A stretch of DNA of 64,000 nt from Oopsacas minuta (lineage: Eukaryota > Animalia > Porifera), in assembly GCA_024704765.1 (NCBI GenBank), contig JAKMXF010000356.1:62001-126000 (forward strand). The letters are read 5' to 3'. The notes under the pieces were generated by a model. It saw nothing but the letters and a program-made list of their open reading frames with translations, made no database searches and was not told the origin of the DNA. The stretch's first letter is position 1, and every line of letters starts with the position of its first letter. The translations under genes were made by a program, and so were the position numbers. This document shows, piece by piece, positions 12,499 to 25,300 of the stretch.

Positions 12499-15435
12499 AT
12501 GGCAACAGTAGAACTAGACGAAGGAGAGGTTCAGCGAGTAGCTGAGTTCCTCAGAGAGAGAATACGGATAGAACATTCCCATGACAAAGACATGGACCCT
12601 AGAGATATCGATCGAGTACAAACTGATCATAGATATACATATAGGTTTGCTAGACAGAGAATGGCAACTGGTGGGGATGAAAATGATTCGTTGAAAATGT
12701 TAGTAACTGCTCTACAATTCAGATGTTCCCATGGAGTAAATGATCTAACCTTTCAGGTGATTATTTGTTAACCAAGGGGCAATTTTGGGGCCTGTCTGCC
12801 CCCTGTTTGTTTTCCCTATGACAGCTGTATCTGTCGATATAATACTTTTTAACACCTTAGATATAAACAAGTATTGTTTAAATTTTGTAGGACATCAACA
12901 AGGAACTGTTACAAATGGGTATATGTTACCCTAGGGGGCAAGACATAGAGGGTAGTGATATCGTGTATCTACTCATTAGAATGCATAAAAAGGAAAAAGA
13001 AAAAGGAGAACAGCTGAAAAGATTTGCTTTATACTTCTTAGAGAAACATGATAGGTGAGAATTACAGCTGTCAATAGCCAGTCAATTTGTAGTGTTGGTT
13101 ATATGATTACAATATTTTCTAGTTTGATAGTGTAGGCATCACTTTGTGTCCTATTTCACACCTTTGGGTGATGTTATTAAGTTACAACTGATAGTTTAGA
13201 TGATGCATATTATATATTTTCACACCTGTAGACATTTCCCAAATCGTAAAATGTCTCTCTTCATGGACTGCTCGGAAGCTGGCTACTCAAATATGGACAT
13301 GGACCTTGTGAAATTCATCATAAGCCTATTCAAACAGTATTACCCACTGAAATTGGGTTCTATATACGTCTATGAAATGCCATGGGTTATGAATGCTGGA
13401 TGGAGTATTATCAAATCTTGGTTGTCACCAGCTGCTAGGAATAAGATGAGGTTTATACAGAAGCATTCTATTGGGGAGTATTTCGCCAACGATCAGCTGA
13501 CTGCGAGGTAACATGACTACAGGAAGTGATATATGATATTTATGGTCATCTCCTGTTACAAATATGGTCTCAAACCATCAAAGTAACATATATGTCATCT
13601 GTTATATCGGAGTAATTATCAGCTCCTTGAGCTTAGATATAACAGGAGTTGACTGTACAAAATTGGGTGTACTCTGCTTGAGAATGTCATATAGCGGTTG
13701 CTGTATATTTAGTAAAGAGTTGTTGTTACGAATTGTCCTTTTAAGATATGGAGGATCAGACCCATGGAAGTACCAATACCCTCCTAATGAGGGTCTAGAG
13801 GGAGAGGGACTACAGAGGATACTCCCTCTCTTACAGAATGAGAAAGAGAACGAGCAAGAGATTAAAGCCTTGGTTACAGAAATGGTGTATAGGTATGAGC
13901 ATGGTGGAGCTATGCCTCCTCCAGTTGAGAAGCCAGTTATTAAAGGTGTTTTATTGTCAACAACAACAACAACAATTTTTAGCTCAAATTTCTTATTTAT
14001 TTATCCTTTTCTTAGATGATATAGAAGTAAGTCCAGCTCCTGCAGAAATCAATGAAGAGAGAGAAGAGGAGCCGTCGAATATTAAGAAAGTACAGTTTAG
14101 ACAAGAGAGGGAACAATCTCCTGTAATACCGAGCAACAATAGAGCGGGTACAGTGAATTTATATGATTATAGACATTTTATTCTTTGAATAATAATCCAT
14201 TCTAAGTTACATCAAATTGAATATTTGGCAGTTTGTATTCGGTTACTATACTGGGAAATTGGTTTATCAGCCACCATCCATTTCTAAAGAGGATATAGGG
14301 GCTACGTGGTTAAGTATTGGACGATTTAAGGTAGTGGCCCCCTGGCTGTCATTCATGAACCACTAAGGAGTCCATGGGGGCAGGGGTAGTTTGGGAACCG
14401 CTGATTTAAGGGATTTTAAAATTTGATCCTATTTATAGTGTTTGTAAGGCCTCCTATTGTCTGTTACCCAATCAGAATCCATTCTTAACACATAATATAT
14501 ACACAGGATATAACAGCTGTATTTCATTTACTTGTCCACCAATCAGAATTCATTATTATATCATATAGTTAACTCCCGTGGGATAATGAAGCACAATATT
14601 TCATTGGACAACAACACACCCCCTCACCAACATGTTGGTCTCCTCCTAGACGTGTCGCCTCCTACAGAACTATTATTTCACACCCAAGAGAAAGTTCCAA
14701 AATGCAACATCACACTAACCAATTTATCTTCTAATCTTGTGAGTTTCAAGATTAAAACTACATCTCCTAGCAATTTTAGAGTACAGCCGAGTATGGGAGT
14801 AATTGATAGTAGAGGACAATTTGTTGTTAATATTATTTGTCAAGCTGAAGATCTCAATCAGGTTTGTTACACATGCAAACTGAAACTATAAAAATGTCAA
14901 AAATGTGTGGTCCTTGTCCATATTGTTACCTTACTATACCATCAATCTGGTGTGTCAAACATTATTCACGTTTTCTTAGACATTTTCGATATTTGAGTTA
15001 TCCAATAATGCCGATTTTCACACTTATACATATACCTCTCTTGCTTGTATTCATTTTACCAACTTTCTGTAGATAAAAGATGATAAATTCTTGATACAAT
15101 CCACAAGTTTGAATCCTGACAGTAAAACAGGGCAGACTGAACTGAACTATCATTGGAGGACAGTTGCAACTGAACTTATTTTGGAAAACAGGCTAAAATG
15201 TAGAATTTCTGATTCTGTAAACAATCTGTTTACACAGGAAGAAAGTAAACAAATAAACACACAACAGATTGATAGCCACCCACAAAATCAAGATATTATA
15301 GGGATTGTTCGTTCAGTTGGCAATCTCTTGATGGAGGTAGAACATATGCATGGAATATTAAAGAAAATATATACTCTTGTCATTGGCTTAGCATTTATTA
15401 ATTTCGTATTAATTGTTATACTTTTACGCGCCTAA
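12499..15435 (+). CDS. MOSPD2: Motile sperm domain-containing protein 2 (CRAL-TRIO + MSP + C-terminal TM), multi-exon
   Basis: Exon 1 12499-12756; exon 2 from 12891 (GICYPRGQDIEG). CRAL-TRIO motif DCSEAGYSNMDMDLVKFII...YYP...IYVYEMPW. MSP motif FKIKTTSPSNFRVQPSMG. Terminal TM LVIGLAFINFVLIVILL. Confidence 0.85.
14332..14403. mobile_element. 72-bp hAT-type MITE remnant in a MOSPD2 intron
   Basis: Ends TAGTGG...GTTTGGGAACCGCTG, flanked by a perfect 8-bp direct repeat atttaagg (14324-14331, 14404-14411). Confidence 0.65.
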
Positions 15436-15590
15436 TTTCCTACATTATTCACACCTTGAATTATCTGCTATATTTGGATTTAAAGGCAAACAACAACAAC
15501 AACGATGATTCATAATGTTTACTAATATTTGTATTTTTTTGGGTATATTATGTGTGACTAATAACTAACCAGGAAAATGAATACAAGAAT

Positions 15591-16844
15591 TCAGAATGCT
15601 ATGAGGTTATATTTAAGGCTATCTTGAGCAATAATAATTCTGTTATTCTTGTCAATAGCCACTCCTTGAGAACACATAAGCATCCCATCTTCTGCTAGGT
15701 TACTGTTAGAGATTGTATGGATTAGCTCTCCTGAATTGGAGAATATATTGATTTTATTTCCAAAGTAATCAGGAATGATTATATTCCCGAATTGATTTAT
15801 CGTGAAGAAATTGCAAAATAAAATCTCTGTTTTCTCAATAATACACCTGACTAGCTCTCCGTCTAGAGAAAATATTAGTATATGGAAGGGAGAGTTATGG
15901 AACTTTACATACATGTTGTCTTGGTATAGTTGTATAGAAGTAATGCGTGTAGAATAAGTAATGTGAGGAGTATTGAGAATTATTCCTTTTTGTACTTTTA
16001 GTTCCATATCAAGCAGGAGTATTGATAGGTTAATTGATTCACATACATATAGCATATTGTTTATGTATATATCCATTCCACGGACATGATTCTCTAGCTT
16101 CACTGATTTGGCTGTTTTGTTGTCAGATCTTCCTATCTTAACAATTGTTTTATCAGCTGATACATAAATAGATTCATTAGTTAGAGCAATGCCACAAGGA
16201 TTTTGGGGTGTTGGTATGTTGTAGAGATATTTACTTTCTTTGTTGAATATCTTAATGTTGTGAGCCTTATTATCAACAATGTATATATTCTCAGAGATTG
16301 GATCGATTGCTATTTGCTGTGGGCAATCGATCCGACTAGGACCTGTCCCTTCATGGGACCATACGGAACGTAACTTTCTGGAATAGTCCTCAGTTATGAA
16401 TGGTCTCTCCTTCAAAGTAACAACCTTACACACCTCAATGATCGATTGTTCCAGCTGTTCCCTCTTCCATTCCAATTCTATCCACCTCACATTTACATCT
16501 CTTCCTTTCTCTTCCCTGATTTTCTCATCTAGTGTACTCAAGTTCTTCTGTAATACTTCTCTGAGTTTATTCTTAGTTAACTCTCTATCTAACGCTTCTC
16601 TGGCCTTTTGTAATTCCTGTAGGACATCTGTCTTTTCCTTAACCTCCGATCTAGCTCGTACAACAACATCATCTAATTCTACTAACAAACTTTGCTCTCT
16701 GACAGCTAACAGGCTGTGTAGCTGTAGGAAGATGTCACGTACTTTATCTTTCTCATGTTGGACCTGTTCCACAAGGATTTCTAGTCTTCTTTCCCACTCA
16801 TTTCCCTCAATTAGTTCAACTTCTACTGGTACTCGTGTTGCCAT
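15591..16844 (-). CDS. Coiled-coil + NHL-repeat (beta-propeller) protein, copy A, single exon
   Basis: 417-aa ORF with an N-terminal heptad-rich region, then NHL-like repeats (PQQIAID...IYIVD, PCGIAL, QGVAIDKNNRIIIA). Confidence 0.85.
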   Translation of the reverse strand: MATRVPVEVELIEGNEWERRLEILVEQVQHEKDKVRDIFLQLHSLLAVREQSLLVELDDVVVRARSEVKEKTDVLQELQKAREALDRELTKNKLREVLQKNLSTLDEKIREEKGRDVNVRWIELEWKREQLEQSIIEVCKVVTLKERPFITEDYSRKLRSVWSHEGTGPSRIDCPQQIAIDPISENIYIVDNKAHNIKIFNKESKYLYNIPTPQNPCGIALTNESIYVSADKTIVKIGRSDNKTAKSVKLENHVRGMDIYINNMLYVCESINLSILLLDMELKVQKGIILNTPHITYSTRITSIQLYQDNMYVKFHNSPFHILIFSLDGELVRCIIEKTEILFCNFFTINQFGNIIIPDYFGNKINIFSNSGELIHTISNSNLAEDGMLMCSQGVAIDKNNRIIIAQDSLKYNLIAF

Positions 16845-17849
16845 AATATTTTAGTTCAGTTCCAATTGATACATAACAATCTTTTCAGTAAATTTATATA
16901 AGAACTGAGTTCATAATTAACTTTTAGATTTATATCAAGTTTCAATATAATTAGTATTAAACTATTCTTAGAAGAGTTATAGCTAATATAAGAATACACA
17001 AATTATAATATATTAAATATCTTTACAGATATTATAGAACTAATTAGGATAAGGTTCCTATAATTAACATTCCATTCTTTAAACTGTAACTACAGTATTT
17101 AATTACACAATTTGGTTCCTATTAAACATAGTGTAGACTAAAGTTCAATTGTTCTCAACAGTCGCGCCTCAGACGTTTTCATGTGTACAATCAAAAGTGA
17201 TGGAATAAACACATTTGTCTCAAGTGTATTTGAAAAGTTAATAAAGTCAAGAGGAAGTTGAGGGACTATTCTTAACACCTAATTTACATGTACTGTATTT
17301 CCTCGATTAAGATGTCTATGACACGTTAATATATCTCTAATAATTATCCGTATGGGTGTATATTATGTGTATTTATCATACAGTATATACACAAGTATAT
17401 TCAGGGGAATACATATTCCATGTACGCAGTTGAATAGCTGTCTCAATCCTCTAACCAATACTGTCTACTATATGTGTATCTATAGTCTATCCCTTAGTGA
17501 TACTGTGTCTTGTTCATAGCGAAAGGAGGACGGACCCAAGCCCTTACCCAAACATAACAAATAGTTTGGATAATGGAACCAAATTGTGTAATTAAATACT
17601 GTAGTTACAGTTTAAAGAATGGAATGTTAATTATAGGAACCTTATCCTAATTAGTTCTATAATATCTGTAAAGATATTTAATATATTATAATTTGTGTAT
17701 TCTTATATTAGCTATAACTCTTCTAAGAATAGTTTAATACTAATTATATTGAAACTTGATATAAATCTAAAAGTTAATTATGAACTCAGTTCTTATATAA
17801 ATTTACTGAAAAGATTGTTATGTATCAATTGGAACTGAACTAAAATATT

Positions 17850-19103
17850 ATGGCAACACGAGTACCAGTAGAAGTTGAACTAATTGAGGGAAATGAGTGG
17901 GAAAGAAGACTAGAAATCCTTGTGGAACAGGTCCAACATGAGAAAGATAAAGTACGTGACATCTTCCTACAGCTACACAGCCTGTTAGCTGTCAGAGAGC
18001 AAAGTTTGTTAGTAGAATTAGATGATGTTGTTGTACGAGCTAGATCGGAGGTTAAGGAAAAGACAGATGTCCTACAGGAATTACAAAAGGCCAGAGAAGC
18101 GTTAGATAGAGAGTTAACTAAGAATAAACTCAGAGAAGTATTACAGAAGAACTTGAGTACACTAGATGAGAAAATCAGGGAAGAGAAAGGAAGAGATGTA
18201 AATGTGAGGTGGATAGAATTGGAATGGAAGAGGGAACAGCTGGAACAATCGATCATTGAGGTGTGTAAGGTTGTTACTTTGAAGGAGAGACCATTCATAA
18301 CTGAGGACTATTCCAGAAAGTTACGTTCCGTATGGTCCCATGAAGGGACAGGTCCTAGTCGGATCGATTGCCCACAGCAAATAGCAATCGATCCAATCTC
18401 TGAGAATATATACATTGTTGATAATAAGGCTCACAACATTAAGATATTCAACAAAGAAAGTAAATATCTCTACAACATACCAACACCCCAAAATCCTTGT
18501 GGCATTGCTCTAACTAATGAATCTATTTATGTATCAGCTGATAAAACAATTGTTAAGATAGGAAGATCTGACAACAAAACAGCCAAATCAGTGAAGCTAA
18601 AGAATGATGTCCGTGGAATGGATATATACATAAACAATATGCTATATGTATGTGAATCAATTAACCTATCAATACTCCTGCTTGATATGGAACTAAAAGT
18701 ACAAAAAGGAATAATTCTCAATACTCCTCACATTACTTATTCTACACGCATTACTTCTATACAACTATACCAAGACAACATGTATGTAAAGTTCCATCAC
18801 TCTCCCTTCCATACACAAATATTTTCTCTAGACGGAGAGCTAGTCAGGTGTATTATTGAGAAAACAGAGATTTTATTTTGCAATTTCTTCACGATAGATC
18901 AATTCGGGAATATAATCATTCCTGATTACTTTGGAAATAAAATCAATATATTCTCCAATTCAGGAGAGCTAATCCATACAATCTCTAACAGTAACCTAGC
19001 AGAAGATGGGATGCTTATGTGTTCTCAAGGAGTGGCTATTGACAAGAATAACAGAATTATTATTGCTCAAGATAGCCTTAAATATAACCTCATAGCATTC
19101 TGA
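17850..19103 (+). CDS. Coiled-coil + NHL-repeat protein, copy B, single exon
   Basis: Inverted duplicate of copy A; 411/417 aa identical. Confidence 0.85.
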   Translation: MATRVPVEVELIEGNEWERRLEILVEQVQHEKDKVRDIFLQLHSLLAVREQSLLVELDDVVVRARSEVKEKTDVLQELQKAREALDRELTKNKLREVLQKNLSTLDEKIREEKGRDVNVRWIELEWKREQLEQSIIEVCKVVTLKERPFITEDYSRKLRSVWSHEGTGPSRIDCPQQIAIDPISENIYIVDNKAHNIKIFNKESKYLYNIPTPQNPCGIALTNESIYVSADKTIVKIGRSDNKTAKSVKLKNDVRGMDIYINNMLYVCESINLSILLLDMELKVQKGIILNTPHITYSTRITSIQLYQDNMYVKFHHSPFHTQIFSLDGELVRCIIEKTEILFCNFFTIDQFGNIIIPDYFGNKINIFSNSGELIHTISNSNLAEDGMLMCSQGVAIDKNNRIIIAQDSLKYNLIAF

Positions 19104-20006
19104 ATTCTTGTATTTCACTAAGCTTTCGTTTTCATTATTCTTTCTTAGTTATTAAACATAATGCAGACTATTGTCAATACGTAACAGAGTACCTGTATAT
19201 CTATACTGTACTCATAGGGGGCAGCATCGGTTCATAGGGCAAGGGACACAGCCCTTTAATCTTAGTATAATATGGAACCAAAAATACTTATAATACAATA
19301 TGGAACTAGGATTGATCTACATGAATTGAATCTTACAATAGTATCATTTTGATGATAGTATTGCTTAGAGTTTTAGCTCTACAAATCCTCTACCCGCTAG
19401 CCTATCTACAGAGATCTGTTATGTCATCATCTGGAGGTTTGGAGGCCCCTTCACCTTACCTGTTCCTTTGTCCTTTTCTGTCCCCTCCTTTGGTCCTTTG
19501 AGAGCCATTTTTCGATAATCTTCTGAGACAATTGTATGGATTTCTCTGGAAGATGCTCTGATTCTGATTGAGTAGCTTCACATGTGAATGCAATCAGTTT
19601 GGGCGGGGAATCACCTGGAAGTGGCACACATAATTCTCCGTGCTATAATTGTCACTCAATCAGCTGATTGACCAATTGAATAATCGCTTCTATCAACTCC
19701 TGGTTTTCATTGTGAAATTTCTTGTACGTCTAGCAATCTTGAGTTTTGATTGGATATTCGCCAGCTGGGATTCTATCAAGGATAAGCTAGCCAAGTTTAA
19801 TTGATTGAGATTTGTGATACGTGTAATTAAGGGCATTCCTTACGCAATACTTAGTTGCTATGGAGAATATTCACATAATAATACATCATAAACAAACAAA
19901 CAAACAGCTATCAATCACATAAAGTCATTTTCTGATTGTGCATTTTAACCAGATAAAGGTGTGAAAATATATAAAATACAGACCCAAATAAACACACACA
20001 TACAAA

Positions 20007-22372
20007 TTACGATTTTTCTAAACCGTATACGAACTGACTTTCCTGTTGCATTGACTCAATGAATTCATCGACAGTTCTAACTATGTGTTTTGGTAGTTTT
20101 GTTCTAAAATGTATATTATTATCAATTATAACGTGAATACATCTTTGCTTCAGTTTAGGGAATATTTCTATAATAATTGTGTCGCTAATGTCATCAAGTG
20201 CGTTGTCCTGTGACCCATTGAAGGAGCGCTCAAGGAGACCGCGGTCAGTTTTGGCCTCGAATTTAGGAGCTGTTCCTCCGAATATAATGAGGGAGTCGTC
20301 CACTAGGACGCAACCATGAGACCGTCTGGGTCTTGCTCGCAACCCCAATATGTTAATCTTAAACCACTGTATCACAGAGGTGTCAAAAAAGTGGCAGTCG
20401 TTGAAGTGGTGCAGTGATGTCACATTACATCCTCCGAATACTATCATATACTGTTTGTAGGCTGTAGCTGTATGACTTCTACGAGCCTCTGGATATGTTC
20501 CTTGGTTCTGAATATTAATCCTGTTAGGTATAATATATAATGCTAATATCCATGGTCTCAGTAATTATATATTAGGAGATAATTTGATTGGGTAAGATGT
20601 TCGTCACCTTTTCTCGAAGATAAGTCAAGATTTCCGTTATACATTAGAATTGGTTCCATATATATATAACACCATTCCAGACACCTTGTTTTGGCAAAAT
20701 GGTCCCCCCCTACAAAACTGGCCCATTTTTGTCAAAACGACCTACATATTTCAAGTTCGTAGCTCTTACCAGCTCCTCAATCAATGAAAATGGTCCCTCA
20801 ATATGAATATTAGATATTTAACCATGGATGGCGTATTTCGTGTATTTATGTTATAAATTGATTTTCCCCTCCAACAAAGCGAGGAGTGCCAATGAGCAGA
20901 CACAATTAACACGTAAACTAACCATTTCTTGGATGTAAGATTGAATGAATACAGTCTGTTAGAGAGCCTATTAATCTCTCCTCTCGTGTTCCTTAACCTC
21001 CCTCCGAACAGATAAAGGAAATCTCCTATATAAACCATTGAGTGACAGTCCATATACATGTCTTGCATTATGAGTTCTGATTCTACAGGACGAACCATGG
21101 ATATTGTATTTGTACGCATATCGTAATGATGGAGCCTAGAGACAATGTAAAAAGGTGTGAAAATATGATTAATCATTATGATAAATACGTAATTACAACT
21201 CACGAATTAGAGAACTGTCCCTCGTACAGACTACACAGGAATCCACCATGGATATACCAATCGTGAGCACTATAAGCACTAGCATGACACATGGTTCGGA
21301 TAGGCATTTGTCCACTGACAGTAGGTATACTCCATTGTCTAGTTTCTAGATTGAAACACTCAACATGCGACAACTCTGACATTTTCTCCTCCTTGGGACG
21401 TGTTGACCCACCAAAAATAAAAATCTTCCTGTCATAGAAAGCAGATTTTTGTCCGTATCTCTGAACGAATGCATTCTTGAATAAATGTCTTCTGTGCTTC
21501 AAAGGATCTAAAAATAGTATCATATTAACCCGTTGATTTGACCTAAATATATTCATCAGCTATGTAACCATGGATTGTGAATTTAGAATATTTATCCAAA
21601 CAGATGAATTGAATACACCATCCATGGTAAATCAACAAATAAGCATACAGGAACCATTTTCGCCTGTCCCAGGCTACCCCGTGAGGTGAGAGACACCTAT
21701 GTAAACTATAAATAGGAACTGAGGAGGTGTGATAAACTGGAACTAACTAACCACACAGATCATAAGTAATATGATACTCTTTAGATGGTATTGTATACCA
21801 GTTATGTGTATCTACATTCATAACATGTATTATCATTTGTTTGTGTATTTCTCCTGATTTCTCTATCATGTCTGATTGTTCATCTGTTATGTAACCACCT
21901 AGGAAAGTAAACAATAACAATTAACAGAATTTTGTTTGTTAATAGTGAGATTTGATTTCAAATTCGATACAGTGGTACTTGTATTGTACGACCCCTGCCA
22001 TGAGCGACTTCCTGCCTTTTACGACTGATTTCTCCGACACGGATAAAAACATTCGGCTATAGCAAACCTGTGATCAACGACCACATTTGTCGGAACGCCA
22101 GGTGGTCGTACAAGACAGGCACCACTGTATAACGGGAGGTGACGTTTTAACTTACCCATAACATATAACAATCTGTCAACAGGATCATAAACATAGGACA
22201 TATTAGACCGGGGGAGGTATCCCTCAACAGATGATAAGCTATATACATTCTTTATAAAACAGGTAGCGGAACAGTCATGATATCCTTCTGATAACAGCTG
22301 TTTAAACGTGAATGGCATTTCTTTATACGTCTTAACCTCAGTGGACTTCCTAGGATCCTCATTAGGGTTCAT
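20007..22372 (-). CDS. Kelch-domain protein with C-terminal BC-box, KLHDC3-like, multi-exon
   Basis: Kelch repeats (YVMG|GYI, RYGQKSAFYDRKIFIFGG, YLFGG, MIVFGG, LIIFGG). C-terminal FPKLKQRC...LP resembles an Elongin BC-box. Confidence 0.75.
21970..22127. mobile_element. 158-bp Tc1/mariner/pogo-type MITE in the first kelch intron
   Basis: 24-bp TIR CAGTGGT(A/G)C(T/C)TGT(A/C)TTGTACGACC (21/24 match), TA on both sides. Confidence 0.8.
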
Positions 22373-22617
22373 TTGTGCTAATTATAGAAATATTTAGAGG
22401 TGTTAAGTGGCAGTGAAGTAGCTGGAAATATGTAGATATATTTTGTTTGTTTGTTTGCTGTTAGTAGATAGTCAGTTTAAATAGTTGCTAGTATCCTAGG
22501 GTACAAATTGTCCCCTTCTTCACCCCTCAAGTAAATAACTCACAAACATAGTTTATTAACACTCTGTAATTAATCACACAATATTTACCTGATAGAAACA
22601 CACAACTCAAATTCTAA

Positions 22618-25300
22618 TTAAGAACTTAGAAAATAGAGAAAATTAGCGCGATTAATGCGCCAATTATTCCAAGAATCAAACTGAAACTAAGTCTTCCAAC
22701 ACCTGAGGTTAGTTCCTCTTCCCCGGTATCGGTTATATCACTAATGAGGCTAGACAGTTCCGCATCCGCCTCAAAAACAGGGAAGGACTCAGCTAGTGCC
22801 GTCGATTGCTTTTCGTACTCAGCTACCTCTTCGTAAGTGAGGGATTTGTAGACGGGGTTAGCTTCTATCGGTGCATAATCATTGACGTCATCATAGTACG
22901 TCTGGTGACAGTATGGGAAATAACCTATCCTTAGGGTAGGGAGACGGTTCCTACCTGGAGCGTAGAGACAGTCATCTGTAGTACAACTGCCAAATTGCTG
23001 ACAGACACATCGGACAACTAAAAGAATACAAAATTGGATGAGACCCCAGTTATGACGTCATGGCCATCTTTTAAGATGTTACTAATAATAACTCACTTTT
23101 ATTAGCTATTAGCCTAAAGCTAGAGAACTCATTGAAGCGGGTTAATAACTTCCATATAAATTTCCTTAAAAGTTTGCCAGCTTCTGACCGATCAGCTGAT
23201 GCTGAAGTAGATGCAGTTGTGTACACCCTCTCCTCCTCTTCATCAGTGTCAGTGTCACTATCACTGTCAGTGTCAGTTCCACTTGAGTCAGTATCTGTAT
23301 CACTTGTGTCAGCGTCAGAATCTGCGAAGTCTCTAGTGTCCCTTCTCTCATCATCTGAGTCTTGGCTACGAATTGCACGTCTTGAGACGTCAGAATCTAA
23401 AATATTATAAATGGCATTTTATATGAAAATTGAAAGATTCAAGATATGATTATTCATATTTTCACACCATTAAAGGTAACCAACTTACCAGAATTAGTTC
23501 TTGTACAATCAAGATCTTCATTATTAGTAGCGTTATTGCACCTATAGTGATCCTTCTTTTTTGGAATGAAACACTAAAAGCAAAAAGCATTATAACATTA
23601 ATGGACCAGGGATTATTTTGGCTATTATCCGAGGTTAATAAATAACTCACAAGACTGTCCTCAATTGTTTCTCCAACGTCTACAGAATAAGCCAAGGCAT
23701 TCAGAGCTGTCCTGTCCAATGATTTTACACCCCATATCAGAGCTCCTGCTATTCTCTTTACATTCCAGAGACTATAGTCTCTTGAGAAATGTCCCAATAG
23801 TGCTTTCAGGGCCAATCGGACAATCCTAAAAAATAAAGATTAAACAGGGAAATATGTGGCCCTAGAGGATCAAATGAGACCAACCTGATGAACTCCCTGA
23901 AAGGGGGATCAAATGATCTCCTGAGGGGTTCCAGACAGAATAGGGTAACAAGTCTACAGCTGTTTGGGCAGGCTAGTGTACTGTTAGCTTTACAGTGTTG
24001 ACAGCCGATTGCGTTAATGAATTTCTTTATACAAATAGGGAACGGCCTGAAGTCTCTAGCTGCTTCCAAATTCTTGATTGTTGCCTTGCGGAGTCTTTCA
24101 ATTGCTACTATTAGACGGCGAATATTGTTGATTACACTAAACAGGATATTTGGATTAGTGTTTGTTTGTTTGTTTGTTTGTTTGTTTATTTGTTTTAATG
24201 TTTGTTAGTTTGTTTGTTTGTCTGTTGTTTGTTGACTTGTTTACTAATTAAACTCACGCTAAGAAAGACTTGACTCTGGCTGCAATAACCTCAAATACTT
24301 TTATAACTATTCTAGTCCTGGGATTACTAAATGGTATATTCAGATTACATAGACACCCTCCACTTATTCTCCCCTTATATAGCGTGTGTTTGAAGTACTT
24401 CTGCTGCACGTGAGAGGCTAAGAATCCACAGGCGAAGTCCTGGATTGCGGCTTTAAATTCGTAATCATCTATCTCACCTTTGAGATGTCTCCAGGTTAAG
24501 TCTGCTAGTAATCGTGACAGATGGATCAGTTCATAATCTAGATAGTACAGGTCACATCTGCTGATGAATCCGACTTGAGAGGCAAATGCGGAGAACAGAG
24601 CGTTCTTTGTTAGAACACCGAAAACACCTTGAAAAGTAAATAATAATAAATAATAAATACAGACAACTCCCGTTAGATCTAATGGACAATGTACATTCCT
24701 GGATTACACGTGGTTGCTAGGGACAAATGTATCTCCAAATATACTTACCAGCAAAATCATCAAAGAAGTCGTTGGCAAGCCAAATTAAATCAGAGAAGGT
24801 ATCGTTAAGACACTCCCTGAATATTCCTCTTGCTGAGTCCTGCACCTTATACAGATATTTGACGTCACAGCATTTGTTCTTACCGCAGACAGCATTAACT
24901 TCTAAAAATAGAATATTAATTCAATTAGATAATTATACATATGAATATGAGACATGTTTGGTGTCGATTCTCCTTTGGAAAAGTGTCAGATTAAAGGTGT
25001 TAAGATTATTTATATACACTAGATAGAACATACCAGTTATAAGAACATGTATTGCTACCCCCAAGGGTGTTCATATGACCAGCATACACTGTTTATATAT
25101 GATTAGAGACTTACAAAGTAAACAAGTAAACAACAATACTTACCTTTGGAATAAACTGGGACTATATAAGGAACATCGCTCTCAGCTAACCCAGCGAGGA
25201 TACATTTCTTCTTCAACTCTATAGAGGTGTCTGTGAGGAAGTCAGAGCTGAAAACATTCACAACAAAAAGCGAAAGCAAAGCAACAACAAAAATCTTCAT
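22618..25300 (-). CDS. Glypican (GPI-anchored proteoglycan), multi-exon
   Basis: Signal peptide MKIFVVALLSLFVVNVFS; Cys pattern VCGKNKCCD and CIKKFINAIGCQHCKANSTLACPNSCRLVTLFCLEPL; RRAIR convertase-like site. The last exon (not in the ORF track) ends TSGVGRLSFSLILGIIGALIALIFLYFLSS*, a GPI-signal-like tail. Confidence 0.8.

Larger units (their letters stand above)
15580..19114. repeat. Large inverted repeat: arms 15580-17119 and 17575-19114 (1540 bp each), 455-bp spacer
   Basis: Base-by-base comparison of the arms showed 6 substitutions and no indels. Confidence 0.95.

Noticed and set aside
16396-16854. 152-aa ORF (and its mirror at 17840-18298)
   Set aside because: Antisense shadow of the NHL coiled-coil exon; Ser/Leu-rich and explained by the real gene's codon pattern.
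19430-19835. GC-richer minus-strand stretch with a short ORF (MPLITRITNL...)
   Set aside because: Under 50 codons, frames do not join, no recognisable homology.
24973-25003. TTAACACCT plus AG as the glypican exon-2 acceptor
   Set aside because: Using this AG gives an in-frame stop; the acceptor near 24903 restores the VCGKNKCC motif, so this was not counted as a branch-point example.
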